This document shows positions 46,831-57,253 of a stretch of DNA of 64,000 bases, piece after piece. The stretch is from positions 23,479 through 87,478 of the forward strand of contig WOZK01000031.1 in the NCBI GenBank assembly GCA_011620275.1, in the 5' to 3' direction. Under the pieces are notes generated by a model, which was given only the letters and a program-made list of their open reading frames with translations, was not told the origin of the DNA and searched no databases. The position numbers and the translations under genes are program-made. Origin of the DNA: Candidatus Omnitrophota bacterium (lineage in GTDB: Bacteria; Omnitrophota; Gorgyraeia; Gygaellales; Profunditerraquicolaceae). The first letter of the stretch is position 1, and every line of letters begins with the position of its first letter.

Positions 46831-47058
46831 TTACTCTCTTGCGATGGCAAGCGTGATAATACCTGCAAGAATGAGAAACAAGCCTATGCACCCCATGAAC
46901 ACTATCTTGAGGCTATCAAACCAGCCGATCACAGCCCAGGCTCCCAGGCCGAGAAAAACCAGGCCGAGAATGAATTTAAACGCCGTGCCGAGCGTCTTCT
47001 TGCAACCGCAACCCTTTACGTCTTTCTTTGTATCTTCCGCCATAACTCCCCCTTTCAC
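46831..47058 (-). CDS. Hypothetical small membrane protein
   Basis: It is 75 aa with two predicted TM helices. No homology was recognised. Confidence 0.4.
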   Translation of the reverse strand: MKGGVMAEDTKKDVKGCGCKKTLGTAFKFILGLVFLGLGAWAVIGWFDSLKIVFMGCIGLFLILAGIITLAIARE

Positions 47059-47138
47059 TGTAGATTGTTCTTCTCCGCCGTACGGACGGAGAATCGTTTT
47101 CTATCGTTCTCTAATGAAGAACTGCCGGCGCGCAAAAC

Positions 47139-48056
47139 TTATACCGCCATTTCTTCCTCCGGACGCGCCTTCCAGCGTTTATGCATCCAGCCCCATTCGG
47201 GAGGATATCTTCTGATATAAGCCTCTATAACCGCCGTGATATTCTGGACGCTTTCGGTTATACAATCCGGACCTTCCGGCAGCGCCACCTGCGGTTCGAA
47301 GATTATCCGGTGCGTATTATCCGGCTGACGGACGATAAAACAGGGGACGATGGTGGATCCGGTGCGCTGCGCCAGCACCACCGGCCCGGTGGCGGTTGCG
47401 GCTTTTCTGCCGAAGAAATCGACGAACACGCCGGCCGTGCCGAAATTCTGGTCCATTGGGATAAACACCATCTCATTGCTGCGCAGGGCGCGCAGGGTCT
47501 CCCTGACGCATGCCTGGCGGGGCTGGCTATAGATAACCCTCATCCCGAACTTGCTGCGTTTGCGGATAAGGAACCTCTCCATACGGATATCCCTCATCCT
47601 GCGCATGATGACCCCTATCCTGTAACCGTCAATGTCCAACTTTGCGATCAAAAGAGGAAAATTGCCGAAATGCGCGCTGACTAATATCACCCCTCTACCG
47701 GCGGCAAGGGCTCTTTCCAGGTGTTCTCTGCCTTCTATCTCCACCCACCCCGCCATATACGTGTAGTCCACAGTCAGCTTGAGAATTTCGACCCCGGATT
47801 TGGCTATGGAAATAAAACAATCCCGGCAAATCTTCTTGAGCTCACCGTTGTCTTTCTCTTTTCCGAAAGCTATACGCAGGCTGTCCATTACGACCCTGCG
47901 GTGTTTCACGGCTATAATATGAAAAACGCGGCCGAGAACGGTGGAAAACCCGTATAAAAAACGGCCGGGCAGCACTTTTATTATTAAAGAACACGTCATA
48001 AGCGCCGCCCAGGCGAAGAAACGCGTGGCCTCTTTGGATATTTTTTTAAATTGCAT
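47139..48056 (-). CDS. Lipid A biosynthesis (Kdo2-lipid IVA) acyltransferase family protein (LpxL/HtrB-like)
   Basis: An N-terminal TM anchor is present. The HX4D-type active site is in VSAHFGNFP. It is about 305 aa. Confidence 0.65.
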   Translation of the reverse strand: MQFKKISKEATRFFAWAALMTCSLIIKVLPGRFLYGFSTVLGRVFHIIAVKHRRVVMDSLRIAFGKEKDNGELKKICRDCFISIAKSGVEILKLTVDYTYMAGWVEIEGREHLERALAAGRGVILVSAHFGNFPLLIAKLDIDGYRIGVIMRRMRDIRMERFLIRKRSKFGMRVIYSQPRQACVRETLRALRSNEMVFIPMDQNFGTAGVFVDFFGRKAATATGPVVLAQRTGSTIVPCFIVRQPDNTHRIIFEPQVALPEGPDCITESVQNITAVIEAYIRRYPPEWGWMHKRWKARPEEEMAV

Positions 48057-48160
48057 CTTCTACCTTGGATTACGGGCGGAACCCGTCACAGCACCGTATC
48101 CGCCGTATTATAGCAAAAAAAAACACCAATTCAAGAGCAAAAGCCGGACCGGGTGGGCGG

Positions 48161-48646
48161 TTATAGTTTATAGCCTATCTTTCGCAACAGTCCGCGCCTC
48201 CAGGCAATGTCTTCCGCCGACTCCGCTCCTTTCGGCTTGGCGCCGTCTATCACTCCCATAATACCGCATCCAGCCGCGGTCTCAGCCACTATGACCTCCA
48301 CGGAATTTGCGGTTGCGCAATATATACAGCAGACCTCCTGGACGGCCTTGACGGCGTTCAACACGTTGATAGGAAAAGCGTCGCGCATGCAGATTATGAA
48401 AAAGTGGCCCGCTCCTATGGAAGCTGCGTTTTCCGCCGCCGTCATCTTTAACTCCGAATCGTTGCCTTCGACGCGTATCCTGCATGCCCCTGAAGACTCC
48501 ACAAAAGCCAGGCCGAATTTTATGCCGGGAACCGAACCGGCCATCACCTCGTAAAGATCCTCCACGGTTTTTATGAAATGGCTCTGACCGAGGATGACAT
48601 TGACATCGTCCGGTTTTGCGACTTTAACGCTCCTGAATTCCAGCAT
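48161..48646 (-). CDS. Conserved hypothetical protein (possibly the adenosine-specific kinase-like family)
   Basis: It is 161 aa and family membership is uncertain. Confidence 0.35.
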   Translation of the reverse strand: MLEFRSVKVAKPDDVNVILGQSHFIKTVEDLYEVMAGSVPGIKFGLAFVESSGACRIRVEGNDSELKMTAAENAASIGAGHFFIICMRDAFPINVLNAVKAVQEVCCIYCATANSVEVIVAETAAGCGIMGVIDGAKPKGAESAEDIAWRRGLLRKIGYKL

Positions 48647-48659
48647 CGTTCCCCCCTTT

Positions 48660-50048
48660 TTATTTATTCAACCTGATCCGGCGGAACCCCGCCGCCCCCC
48701 GCGGCTGCATTCTGTCGTAAGTCCTGATGGAGACCAACATCCGGTCAGGGTCGCCCAGAAGATGCAGGGGTATCCCCACGGTTACCCGCTCCTTGCTTAA
48801 TTGCACGGAAACACCCCCGGAAGAAACGGGCCTCCCTTTGTCGAACATCTTGAAGACGTTGTAGCGGCTGATGAACATGATCTTCGGCATAGCGGCGAAC
48901 TCCACTCCATTCTTATAGCCGAAAATGTAAGCGGTGAACACGAACCTCTTCTCCAATTCCCAGTTCTTCCCGACGGTTATATAAAAAACCCCTCCGGAGA
49001 CGGAATAACTTGCCTCCCCGGCCTCGTTCGGTCCGGAAGGATCGTATTCCTCGTCCGGGATCTCCCTGGAAAATGGGAATAACCTCCCTTTACCGACGCT
49101 GCCCAGCGTTATCTCCGGATAATCACCAAAAAGCTCGTTGCCGCGGACAAAGGATAAAAGATAAAAAGCGCTGGACCTGGTCTGACTTCTGTAACAAAGT
49201 ATGGCGTCGTGTTTTTTCCCTATATCGGCCCCGTTAAGCCGATGAACCCTCCAATCCAGGGCGAGGCCGGAGAACTGCCCGGGAGGCAGAAGCGGAAGAT
49301 CCGGGTGATAATGTCTCGGCAGAGGCCAGCCCGGGCAATGCACCAGATAAGGAAACACCTGCGGCCTGCCGATCTCCTTTTCCAGATCAGCAAGCGCGAT
49401 ACAGAGAAATAGGTAATACGCCTTGTGATCCACGTTCACGTCTCCCAGATGGGAAACGAAAATCTTCGTCGGTCTGTAATCCAGCAGTATTTTTTTAAGA
49501 TCGGAGAGGATGTTCTCTCCGTTATAGGCGGAAGCATAACTGAAGTTGTCTTTGTAAGGGACCGCCGATATCCTTGTAAGGATGCTCTTATAAGGTTTTC
49601 TGCTCTTCCAGTATTTGCAGAATATCGAGAAAGTGCCGAAATCCGGATAGCCGAGGAACACGAGGTCTTCTACCGGGACGCCCAGCGATCTCATGGCCTG
49701 GACAGCCTCGCGCCTGCGCACTTCTCCCATCTGGATGAACTCTCCGGTGCGCAGCACCGGCCTTTTCTTGTAGACAAGGAACGCCAGCTGGTTGTGGTCT
49801 CCGTTTGTCAGGTAAGCCACTTTTAGAAACGCCCCGCGGCGTAAAGCTTCCTGTATAACACCCGCGCACGCGATAGCCTCGTCGTCTGGATGAGGGGCAA
49901 GGATAAGCACCTTGTCCGAAGCGGAAAATGCCGGAAGCCTCATAAAGATCCCGCTGGCGGCTTCCTCCGCAGCTGCCGTCCGGGCGGTAAAGAAACAGAA
50001 CAGGAATAATGCTGCGGGAAATAAATACCGGCCTGTTCTATAACTCAT
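48660..50048 (-). CDS. PIG-L/LmbE-family N-acetylglucosaminyl deacetylase domain protein with a signal peptide
   Basis: The LmbE zinc-site motif is ILAPHPDDEAIACAG. The N-terminal signal peptide is MSYRTGRYLFPAALFLFCFFTARTAAA. Confidence 0.6.
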   Translation of the reverse strand: MSYRTGRYLFPAALFLFCFFTARTAAAEEAASGIFMRLPAFSASDKVLILAPHPDDEAIACAGVIQEALRRGAFLKVAYLTNGDHNQLAFLVYKKRPVLRTGEFIQMGEVRRREAVQAMRSLGVPVEDLVFLGYPDFGTFSIFCKYWKSRKPYKSILTRISAVPYKDNFSYASAYNGENILSDLKKILLDYRPTKIFVSHLGDVNVDHKAYYLFLCIALADLEKEIGRPQVFPYLVHCPGWPLPRHYHPDLPLLPPGQFSGLALDWRVHRLNGADIGKKHDAILCYRSQTRSSAFYLLSFVRGNELFGDYPEITLGSVGKGRLFPFSREIPDEEYDPSGPNEAGEASYSVSGGVFYITVGKNWELEKRFVFTAYIFGYKNGVEFAAMPKIMFISRYNVFKMFDKGRPVSSGGVSVQLSKERVTVGIPLHLLGDPDRMLVSIRTYDRMQPRGAAGFRRIRLNK

Positions 50049-50210
50049 ATCCCCCCATACCGCGCTGTTGCTTTAATCGCCTTCTTTATACTAACAACGC
50101 ACGAAGCAATCGAGAAGTAAAAGTAGATAAAGGAACATCCCGTTTGCGCTCAACATTCTATTGTCGATTTTCTATCGTTCTTCAAATGTAAAGGTAGGCG
50201 CCGGCCGTCT

Positions 50211-51782
50211 TTATTTCAACCGGCGGCGTGTAAGCGCATGCAGAAAACCCGCCCAGAGACCTCCGGCAAAAACAAACATGAAACAAAAATACACCAGCAG
50301 ATCACCGTTAGCGGTGTAAAAAGAACCTCCCTCTCCGGCCCCGCCTACCGGAACGGAAAGGTATCCTTCGGTAAAAAGGGGATCTCCCCGTTTGTTCTTT
50401 ACAATGTCTCTTATTTTCCCCTTACTGTCGATCACGGCGGTAATCCCCGTATTGGCCGCCCTGGCGACCCAGACGCGGTTCTCCACCGCCCTGAACACTG
50501 AAGACTGCAGGTGCTGGGAAGGCGCCCCGCTCCTGCCGAACCAGGCATCATTAGTCATATTGACCAGCAGTCCGGCGCCTGCCCGCACAAAACGACGGCT
50601 GAGCCAAGGAAAGGCGTCTTCGAAACAGATCAAGACGGCAAATTTATGCTCTTTTCCCGCGTTCTCCAAGCCTTTGCCTTCCGCGGTAAAAATCTTGAAT
50701 TCTCTCCCCGGATAGAAGTCGCCTATGGGAACGACCGTCTCAAGGAAACTCAGCGTCTTTCTGAAAGGGATGAATTCACCGAACGGAACGAGATGTATCT
50801 TGCGGTACTCTCCGGTGATTTCTCCTCCGGGAGAAAGAAGAAAAGCGCCGTTGTAATAACCTTCTCCTTCCCGCAGCACCGCTCCGAACAAAAGAGGCGT
50901 ATTCCATTCCCGCACGGTATCGCGCAGCCTTGAATAGAGTTCCGTTTCCTCTCCCATCAATTCCGGGAATGAAGCCTCCGGCCAGATGACCATATCCGGC
51001 TTATCTTTTATGACCGCCTCGGAAGAGATACCCAGAAACTTATCGACTATAAAATTCCTGCTGGAAACCGCCCATTTAAGCTTCTGCGGTATGTTCCCCT
51101 GGACCAGAGCGATCCTGAAATCGCCGGCTGCCGGCGGGGTAAAAAGACGGAACAGGCCGTAGGTAAGAACGGCCATCACGCAGATAATTGCCGGGGCCAC
51201 TCTTTTCGCGGCGGTATCCAAAGGCTGCCTGCCGGAAAAGACAGGGTAGAAAGCGGCATTGAAAAACATAATAAGAAACGACACTCCCCATACCCCGGTA
51301 ATATCGGATATCTGTATGGCGGGAAGATTAAGATACTGCGTGTGCCCGAGCAGCGCCCAGGGGAAACCGGTCAACATCCTGCCGCGCAGATATTCCAGCG
51401 CCGTCCAGGCCGCGGCCAGGAATACCGGAGCTAAAGCCTGCGGCATATTACGGGATAAGGGGAAAACAAGCCCGAAACAGGCAAAATACAACGCCAGATA
51501 CCCGCAAAGCAACAGCATCCCGGGAAAGGTAACCGCCGAAATCCAAGATATGGCGCCAAGCCAGAAGAAAAACCCGCAGAGAAAGAATAGCGTAACAGTT
51601 TGTTTTACGCTCCTGCCTTCCGCGGCGTTAAAGAGGGGCAAAAACGCGATCCAGGCCGCCGGCCAGAGTCCGGCGGGAGGAAAAGACAAAAACAACAGCA
51701 GCGATGAGGATAAAACACTGACGTTCGTTCTGTTAAAAATCATCTTCCGCAGCATTTCTTGAACTTCTTGCCGGAGCCGCAC
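50211..51782 (-). CDS. lnt: Apolipoprotein N-acyltransferase
   Basis: It has N-terminal multi-TM helices and a CN-hydrolase domain with ICFEDAFP (the catalytic Cys region). The exact start is uncertain because it overlaps the secA 3' end. Confidence 0.8.
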   Translation of the reverse strand: MRLRQEVQEMLRKMIFNRTNVSVLSSSLLLFLSFPPAGLWPAAWIAFLPLFNAAEGRSVKQTVTLFFLCGFFFWLGAISWISAVTFPGMLLLCGYLALYFACFGLVFPLSRNMPQALAPVFLAAAWTALEYLRGRMLTGFPWALLGHTQYLNLPAIQISDITGVWGVSFLIMFFNAAFYPVFSGRQPLDTAAKRVAPAIICVMAVLTYGLFRLFTPPAAGDFRIALVQGNIPQKLKWAVSSRNFIVDKFLGISSEAVIKDKPDMVIWPEASFPELMGEETELYSRLRDTVREWNTPLLFGAVLREGEGYYNGAFLLSPGGEITGEYRKIHLVPFGEFIPFRKTLSFLETVVPIGDFYPGREFKIFTAEGKGLENAGKEHKFAVLICFEDAFPWLSRRFVRAGAGLLVNMTNDAWFGRSGAPSQHLQSSVFRAVENRVWVARAANTGITAVIDSKGKIRDIVKNKRGDPLFTEGYLSVPVGGAGEGGSFYTANGDLLVYFCFMFVFAGGLWAGFLHALTRRRLK

Positions 51783-54664
51783 GGACAGGGATCATTCCTT
51801 CCGACTTTTACCGCGGAATCGCCATGAGCCTTGCCGCCGGCAGACCCGGCCGCCGGAGCGATCGTGTCTTCACTGTCTTCGCGGCCGCCGGAGCCGGCAA
51901 AAGAACCGGCCTCCGGATGGCTTAATTCCTGCGACGTGGTGCTGAATACTCCCCTGGCCTCTCTCCGCGGTTCCGGACGGAGCTTGAAAAGGATCTCCAG
52001 GGATTCCTCTTCCACGGCGGAGATCATATTGTTGAACATCTCGAACGCCTCGCGTTTATACTCGACAAGGGGATCGCGCTGGCCGTAAGCGCGCAGCCCT
52101 ATGCCCTCGCGCAGATTATCCATCGCGTAAAGATGATCCTTCCACCTGGAATCTATAATTTGCAGGAAAACCATCCGTTCTATTAAACGCATGTTCTCTT
52201 CCCCCGCCTCTTTCTCTTTGTCTAAATATGCCTCCGAGACCATAGTATAGATGATATCGGACAACGTCCCGCCCTCTTTGGCCAGCAACTCCTCCCGGGA
52301 GAACTCCAGGCCGAATTTCAGTTTCAGGGTGCCCAGTAGTCCGTCGTAATCGGACTGCGCGGGATCCTCGCCGGAATACATACCGGCCAATCCGGAGACG
52401 CTCCTCTCCATGATGGCAAAAATATTATCCTTCAGCGAGATGCCGTCGAGTATCTGCCTGCGCTGGCTGTAAACCACCTCGCGCTGCTTGTTCATCACGT
52501 TATCGTATTCCAGTAGCTGCTTGCGTATCTCGAAATTATGCTGTTCCACCCGGCGCTGCGCCACCTCTATGGATTTGTTAATCCAGGGATGCTCGATTAC
52601 CTGACCTTCCTCGAGTCCCAACCGGTCCATTATCCCGACCAGCCGGTCGGAACCGAACAAACGCATCAGGTTGTCCCCGAGAGACACATAGAAACGCGAA
52701 GAACCCGGGTCCCCCTGCCTGCCGGAACGCCCGCGCAACTGATTGTCAATCCTGCGCGCTTCGTGCCTTTCCGTTCCTATTATATGCAACCCTCCGGCTT
52801 CCACCACCCTGCGGTGTTCTTCTTCCGTTTCTCTTCTGTATTTTTCCAGCAGGCGGGTATATTCGGCAAGACGCTGTTCCTCCCCGACAAACTCTTTTTG
52901 GTTAAGCACGCTCCTGGCGATGAAACCGGGATTGCCACCCAGAAGTATATCGGTGCCGCGGCCGGCCATGTTGGTGGCTATGGTCACCGCTTTATATCTT
53001 CCGGCTTGCGCCACGATCTGCGCTTCCATCTCGTGGTATTTGGCGTTCAGCACCTGGTGTTCTATACCTCTTTTCTTAAGCATGCCCGACAGCAATTCCG
53101 ATTTCTCTATGGAAACCGTGCCGACCAGCACCGGTCTGCCGGAAGAATGCATCCGGGTTATCTCTTCGACCACGGCGTTGAATTTCTCCGCCTCGGTCTT
53201 ATATATACGGTCCGGATAATTTATGCGGATCAGCGGCCTGTTAGTGGGGACCACCACCACGTCCAGTTTATAGATCGCTTTGAATTCGTTGGCCTCGGTA
53301 TAAGCGGTACCGGTCATGCCGGAGAGTTTTTCGTACATACGGAAAAAATTCTGGAAAGTGATCGTGGCCAGGGTCTGATTCTCCCTCTCTATCTTCATCC
53401 TTTCCTTGGCCTCCACCGCCTGGTGCAGTCCGTCCGACCAGCGCCTTCCTGGCATCAACCTGCCGGTGAACTCGTCTACTATAATTACCTGCCCGTCTTT
53501 AACCACGTAATCCACGTCCCTTTTATACAGGTTGTGGGCCCTCAACGCCTGGATAACATGATGTCTCCATTCCATAGTCTCCATGTCGTGCAGACTGGGG
53601 ATGTTCAACAATGAGCAGACCTTCGCCTCTCCCTGTTCGGTCAGATAGGCATTCCGCGCCTTTTCATCCACGACATAATCGTAGCCTTTGGAGAGGTCCA
53701 CTCCTTTGTATTTGGCCTCGATCTGCTCCTTTTCCATGATCAGTTTCCCTTTCAGCCGAGGGATGATCCTGTCTATGGTATAATACTTGTCCGTGGACTC
53801 CTCTGCGGGACCGGAAATTATCAGGGGGGTGCGGGCCTCGTCCACAAGTATGGAATCCACCTCGTCTACGATGGCGTAATAGAAAGGCCTCTGCACAAGT
53901 TCGGAGGAGTTGTATTTCATGTTGTCGCGCAGGTAGTCGAACCCGAACTCGTTGTTCGTGCCGTAAGTGATGTCGCAGGCATAGGCTGATTTGCGGGCTT
54001 CATCGGACATGTCGTGCTGTATGACGCCCACGCTCAATCCGAGAAACTCGAAAACCGGCCCCATCCATTCCCTGTCGCGCCTGGCCAGGTAATCATTGAC
54101 CGTCACGATGTGCACCCCGCGGCCCAAGAGAGCGTTAAGATAAGCGGGAAGAGTAGCCACCAGGGTTTTGCCTTCCCCGGTGGACATCTCGGCGATCTTC
54201 CCCTGGTGCAGGATCAGTCCGCCGATTATCTGCGAGTCGAAATGCCTGAGCCCGATGGTGCGCCTGGATGCTTCCCGGACCACCGCGAAGGCCTCGGCGA
54301 GAATCCCGTCGAAGACGCGGTTACGCGCCAGCTTCAGCTTCTCTTTCAGCCTCTCTTTTTCCTCGGCAATGGCGGCGTTCTCCACGGCCAAAGCGATCTC
54401 CGCGAGCCGATCCGCGCACGCCTTTTCCTTTTCCCGCAGGTATTCTCTGAACTGCTCGCTTTTACCGCGCAGTTCTGCGTCGGAGAGCCGGCCGACCTCC
54501 TCCTCCCGAGCATTCACGACGGCGACGGCGCCGGCCAGCGAAACCACCGCATCCAGCGAAGGCATCGGCATATCCGGATGCAACGTTATATTGATCCCCT
54601 TGTATTTGCGGTCAATCGTCTTCTGTTTACCGGCGAGCACCGCCTTCTTGAAAAAGCCGAACAT
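51740..54664 (-). CDS. secA: Preprotein translocase ATPase SecA
   Basis: It is 974 aa. The DEAD-like motif is [19 protein letters not shown]. The C-terminal zinc finger is [14 protein letters not shown]. Confidence 0.9.
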   Translation of the reverse strand: MFGFFKKAVLAGKQKTIDRKYKGINITLHPDMPMPSLDAVVSLAGAVAVVNAREEEVGRLSDAELRGKSEQFREYLREKEKACADRLAEIALAVENAAIAEEKERLKEKLKLARNRVFDGILAEAFAVVREASRRTIGLRHFDSQIIGGLILHQGKIAEMSTGEGKTLVATLPAYLNALLGRGVHIVTVNDYLARRDREWMGPVFEFLGLSVGVIQHDMSDEARKSAYACDITYGTNNEFGFDYLRDNMKYNSSELVQRPFYYAIVDEVDSILVDEARTPLIISGPAEESTDKYYTIDRIIPRLKGKLIMEKEQIEAKYKGVDLSKGYDYVVDEKARNAYLTEQGEAKVCSLLNIPSLHDMETMEWRHHVIQALRAHNLYKRDVDYVVKDGQVIIVDEFTGRLMPGRRWSDGLHQAVEAKERMKIERENQTLATITFQNFFRMYEKLSGMTGTAYTEANEFKAIYKLDVVVVPTNRPLIRINYPDRIYKTEAEKFNAVVEEITRMHSSGRPVLVGTVSIEKSELLSGMLKKRGIEHQVLNAKYHEMEAQIVAQAGRYKAVTIATNMAGRGTDILLGGNPGFIARSVLNQKEFVGEEQRLAEYTRLLEKYRRETEEEHRRVVEAGGLHIIGTERHEARRIDNQLRGRSGRQGDPGSSRFYVSLGDNLMRLFGSDRLVGIMDRLGLEEGQVIEHPWINKSIEVAQRRVEQHNFEIRKQLLEYDNVMNKQREVVYSQRRQILDGISLKDNIFAIMERSVSGLAGMYSGEDPAQSDYDGLLGTLKLKFGLEFSREELLAKEGGTLSDIIYTMVSEAYLDKEKEAGEENMRLIERMVFLQIIDSRWKDHLYAMDNLREGIGLRAYGQRDPLVEYKREAFEMFNNMISAVEEESLEILFKLRPEPRREARGVFSTTSQELSHPEAGSFAGSGGREDSEDTIAPAAGSAGGKAHGDSAVKVGRNDPCPCGSGKKFKKCCGR

Positions 54665-54669
54665 CGCGT

Positions 54670-55781
54670 TTATCCTTCCGCTTTTTTTCTCAAATAGGCC
54701 TCGATGAAACCGTCGAGGTCCCCATCCATCACTCCGCCGGCGTCTCCGGTTTCCAGCCCGGTGCGATGGTCCTTAACCATGGTATACGGATGCATGACAT
54801 AAGAACGGATTTGGCTGCCCCACTCTATTTTCTTCTTCGAGGAGTCGCATTGCCTGCTTAATTCCTCCTCTTTTCTACGCTGTTCTATCTCGTAAATCCT
54901 GGACTTCAGCATCTTCATCGCAGTCTGCTTATTCTGAAACTGGGACCTTTCATTCTGGCACTGCACGACGGTCCCTGTGGGGAGATGCGTAATGCGCACC
55001 GCCGAATCCGTAGTATTGACGCTCTGCCCGCCGGGGCCCGAAGAACGAAAAACGTCTATGCGCAGGTCTTTCTCTTCTATCTTGAAATCGACTTCGTCCT
55101 CTATTTCCGGGACGACGTCCACGGAGGCGAAAGAAGTATGTCTGCGTTTATTGGCGTCGAAGGGCGAGATGCGCACCAGGCGGTGGACGCCGCGCTCAGA
55201 CCTCAAATAGCCGTAGGCGTGTTCTCCGCCCACGTACAACGTAGCGTTCTTAACACCGGCCTCTTCCCCGTAAAGGATATCTACCATTCTGGCTTCATAC
55301 CCTTTATCTTCGGCCCAACGCGCGTACATCCTGAGCAGCATCTGCGCCCAGTCGCATGATTCGGTCCCGCCGGCCCCGGCGTTTACGCTCAAGAAAGCGC
55401 TGTTGGCGTCGAACCTTCCGCTTAAAAGAGTCTTCAGCTCCAGTTTCTCCACGCTGCGGGACAACGCTTCTACTCCGAAGCTTATCTCGGCTGCCAACTC
55501 CCCGTCATCTTCCTTAAGCAGCTCTGCCAGTTCCCGCAATTCCCTGTGTCTGTCTACCGTTTCCTGCCAGGGAGCGGTAACCGCCTTCAGAGATTTCAGG
55601 CGTTTCACCACGGAATTGGCCTTTTCCTGATTGTCCCAAAAGCCCGGCTCCGCCATCTCCGAAGAAAATCGCTCGACCTGTTCCAGCTTTTCTTCTATGT
55701 CAAAGATAACCTCTAAGCTGCTCGAGCTTCGCGTGAATACGCTCCAGGCCGGTCTTGATATTGTCTATCATCTCGTTCTCT
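54670..55781 (-). CDS. prfB: Peptide chain release factor 2 (with a programmed +1 frameshift)
   Basis: The 0-frame N-terminus is [23 protein letters not shown], then TGA. The +1 frame continues DIEEKLEQ...MAEPGFWDN. The GGQ motif is [15 protein letters not shown]. The SPF-type motif is present. Confidence 0.85.
55699..55717 (-). promoter_or_regulatory. RF2 programmed +1 frameshift site (CTT AGA GGT TAT CTT TGA C)
   Basis: The canonical slippery CTT TGA C, with the internal SD-like AGAGG three nt upstream, is read directly on the minus strand. Confidence 0.8.
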
Positions 55782-55810
55782 CCTTGTAAAACGGCGTTGC
55801 CAGCCGCTTC

Positions 55811-56887
55811 TCAGCCCCGGCAGATGCCTCTCAGGGCGAGCATGAATTCGTCTTTGTTATCGCAGTAAATCAGGGCTGTCTCTTCCGTTATCTTGCCTTC
55901 TCTAACGAGTTTTACCAGCGCCTGGCTGAAAGACTGCATACCGTATACGGCGCCGTCGTCTACGAACTGGGGAATCTCCCATGTCTTTCCTTCCCTGAGC
56001 AGACGGCTGATGGTAGGGGTCTGCAACATGGTCTCGTAAGCAGGGATCCTTCCTTTCCCCTCCTTGGACGGGAGAAGTCGCAGAGAAATTACACCTTTAA
56101 GCAGATAGGACAGTTGGGTCCTTACCTCGGCATGCTGATGCGGAGGAAAGAAATTAACTATGCGTTCCAGCGTTTGCGGGGCATTAATGGTATGCAGAGT
56201 GCTCAATACCAGCACGCCGGTCTCGGCGGCGGTGAGCGCGGCGGACATGGTCTCGTAATCCCTGATGTTGCCTATGAAAATCACGTCCGGGCTCTGCAGT
56301 GTGAACGCGCGCAGCGCCACCGCATATGAAGACACGTCTATCCCCAACTCCCTCTGATTTATGATGGAGCGCTTGTCCTTGAAGGTGAACTCGATCGGTT
56401 CTTCCACGGTCAGGATGTGCTTGTTGGCGTTATTGTTCACGTATTCAATCATACTGGCTATCGTGGTGGATTTGCCGCTACCCACGCTGCCCGTCAGAAG
56501 AATCAACCCTCTTTTCTCCATGGAAAGCCTGGAGAGGATATCGGAAGGCAGATGTAATTCCTCGAAAGTCTGTATGGCAGACCGGATACTCCTGACCACC
56601 AGCGCCGGCCAATTCCTCTGCATGAAGATGCTGATACGGAAACGGTTATCCAGTTCCGGGACATACACGCCGAAGTCCACGTCCAGCGTGCGCTGAAAGA
56701 AATCCTTTAACTCGTTTGAGGTCAATTCCTTAACCGCTTCGTTTACCTCGTCAAGGGTGATTATCCTTTCGTCAACGGAGATGACCTCTCCGTCTATGCG
56801 CAGGCGCACGTTTGACCCGGCGCGGAAGAACATGTCCGAAGCGTTCCTGTCCAGCATCATCTTGAGATAGTTCTTGATATTGGTCAT
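55811..56887 (-). CDS. pilT: Type IV pilus retraction ATPase (PilT/PilU family)
   Basis: Walker A is GSVGSGKST. The PilT-family His box and the Asp box LVLSTLHT are present. It is 358 aa. Confidence 0.8.
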   Translation of the reverse strand: MTNIKNYLKMMLDRNASDMFFRAGSNVRLRIDGEVISVDERIITLDEVNEAVKELTSNELKDFFQRTLDVDFGVYVPELDNRFRISIFMQRNWPALVVRSIRSAIQTFEELHLPSDILSRLSMEKRGLILLTGSVGSGKSTTIASMIEYVNNNANKHILTVEEPIEFTFKDKRSIINQRELGIDVSSYAVALRAFTLQSPDVIFIGNIRDYETMSAALTAAETGVLVLSTLHTINAPQTLERIVNFFPPHQHAEVRTQLSYLLKGVISLRLLPSKEGKGRIPAYETMLQTPTISRLLREGKTWEIPQFVDDGAVYGMQSFSQALVKLVREGKITEETALIYCDNKDEFMLALRGICRG

Positions 56888-56968
56888 AATGGCACCTCCG
56901 CTGCTGCCTACGGAAAAATCATCTTCCCGCCGCCACTTATCCGAAGAAAATCTTGAATCTTGATTATA

Positions 56969-57253
56969 TCATATCTTTGCCGTTTTTCGCTCAAATTCTA
57001 TCAAAAACTTCTTCATCTTCCTGCCGTAAACATATTCCCCGGCATCGCCTCCGCTTTTCACCACACGGTGGCAGGGGATGAGTATCGGCCAAGGGTTATT
57101 CTTCAGGGCGGTCCCCACGGCGCGGCAGGACAGCTCATTCCCCGTCTTAGCCGCCACCCATTTATAAGTGCGCACTTGACCGTAGGGAATGGAGGCGACG
57201 GCGAGATACACTTCAAGCGCGAATGGGCTCAAACCGGTTCTCTTGCTTTTCAT
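56969..57253 (-). CDS. Methylated-DNA-protein-cysteine methyltransferase, stand-alone C-terminal DNA-binding/active-site domain
   Basis: The motifs IPYGQVRTYKWVA and the active site IPCHRVV are present. It is only 94 aa and has no N-terminal domain. Confidence 0.65.
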   Translation of the reverse strand: MKSKRTGLSPFALEVYLAVASIPYGQVRTYKWVAAKTGNELSCRAVGTALKNNPWPILIPCHRVVKSGGDAGEYVYGRKMKKFLIEFERKTAKI

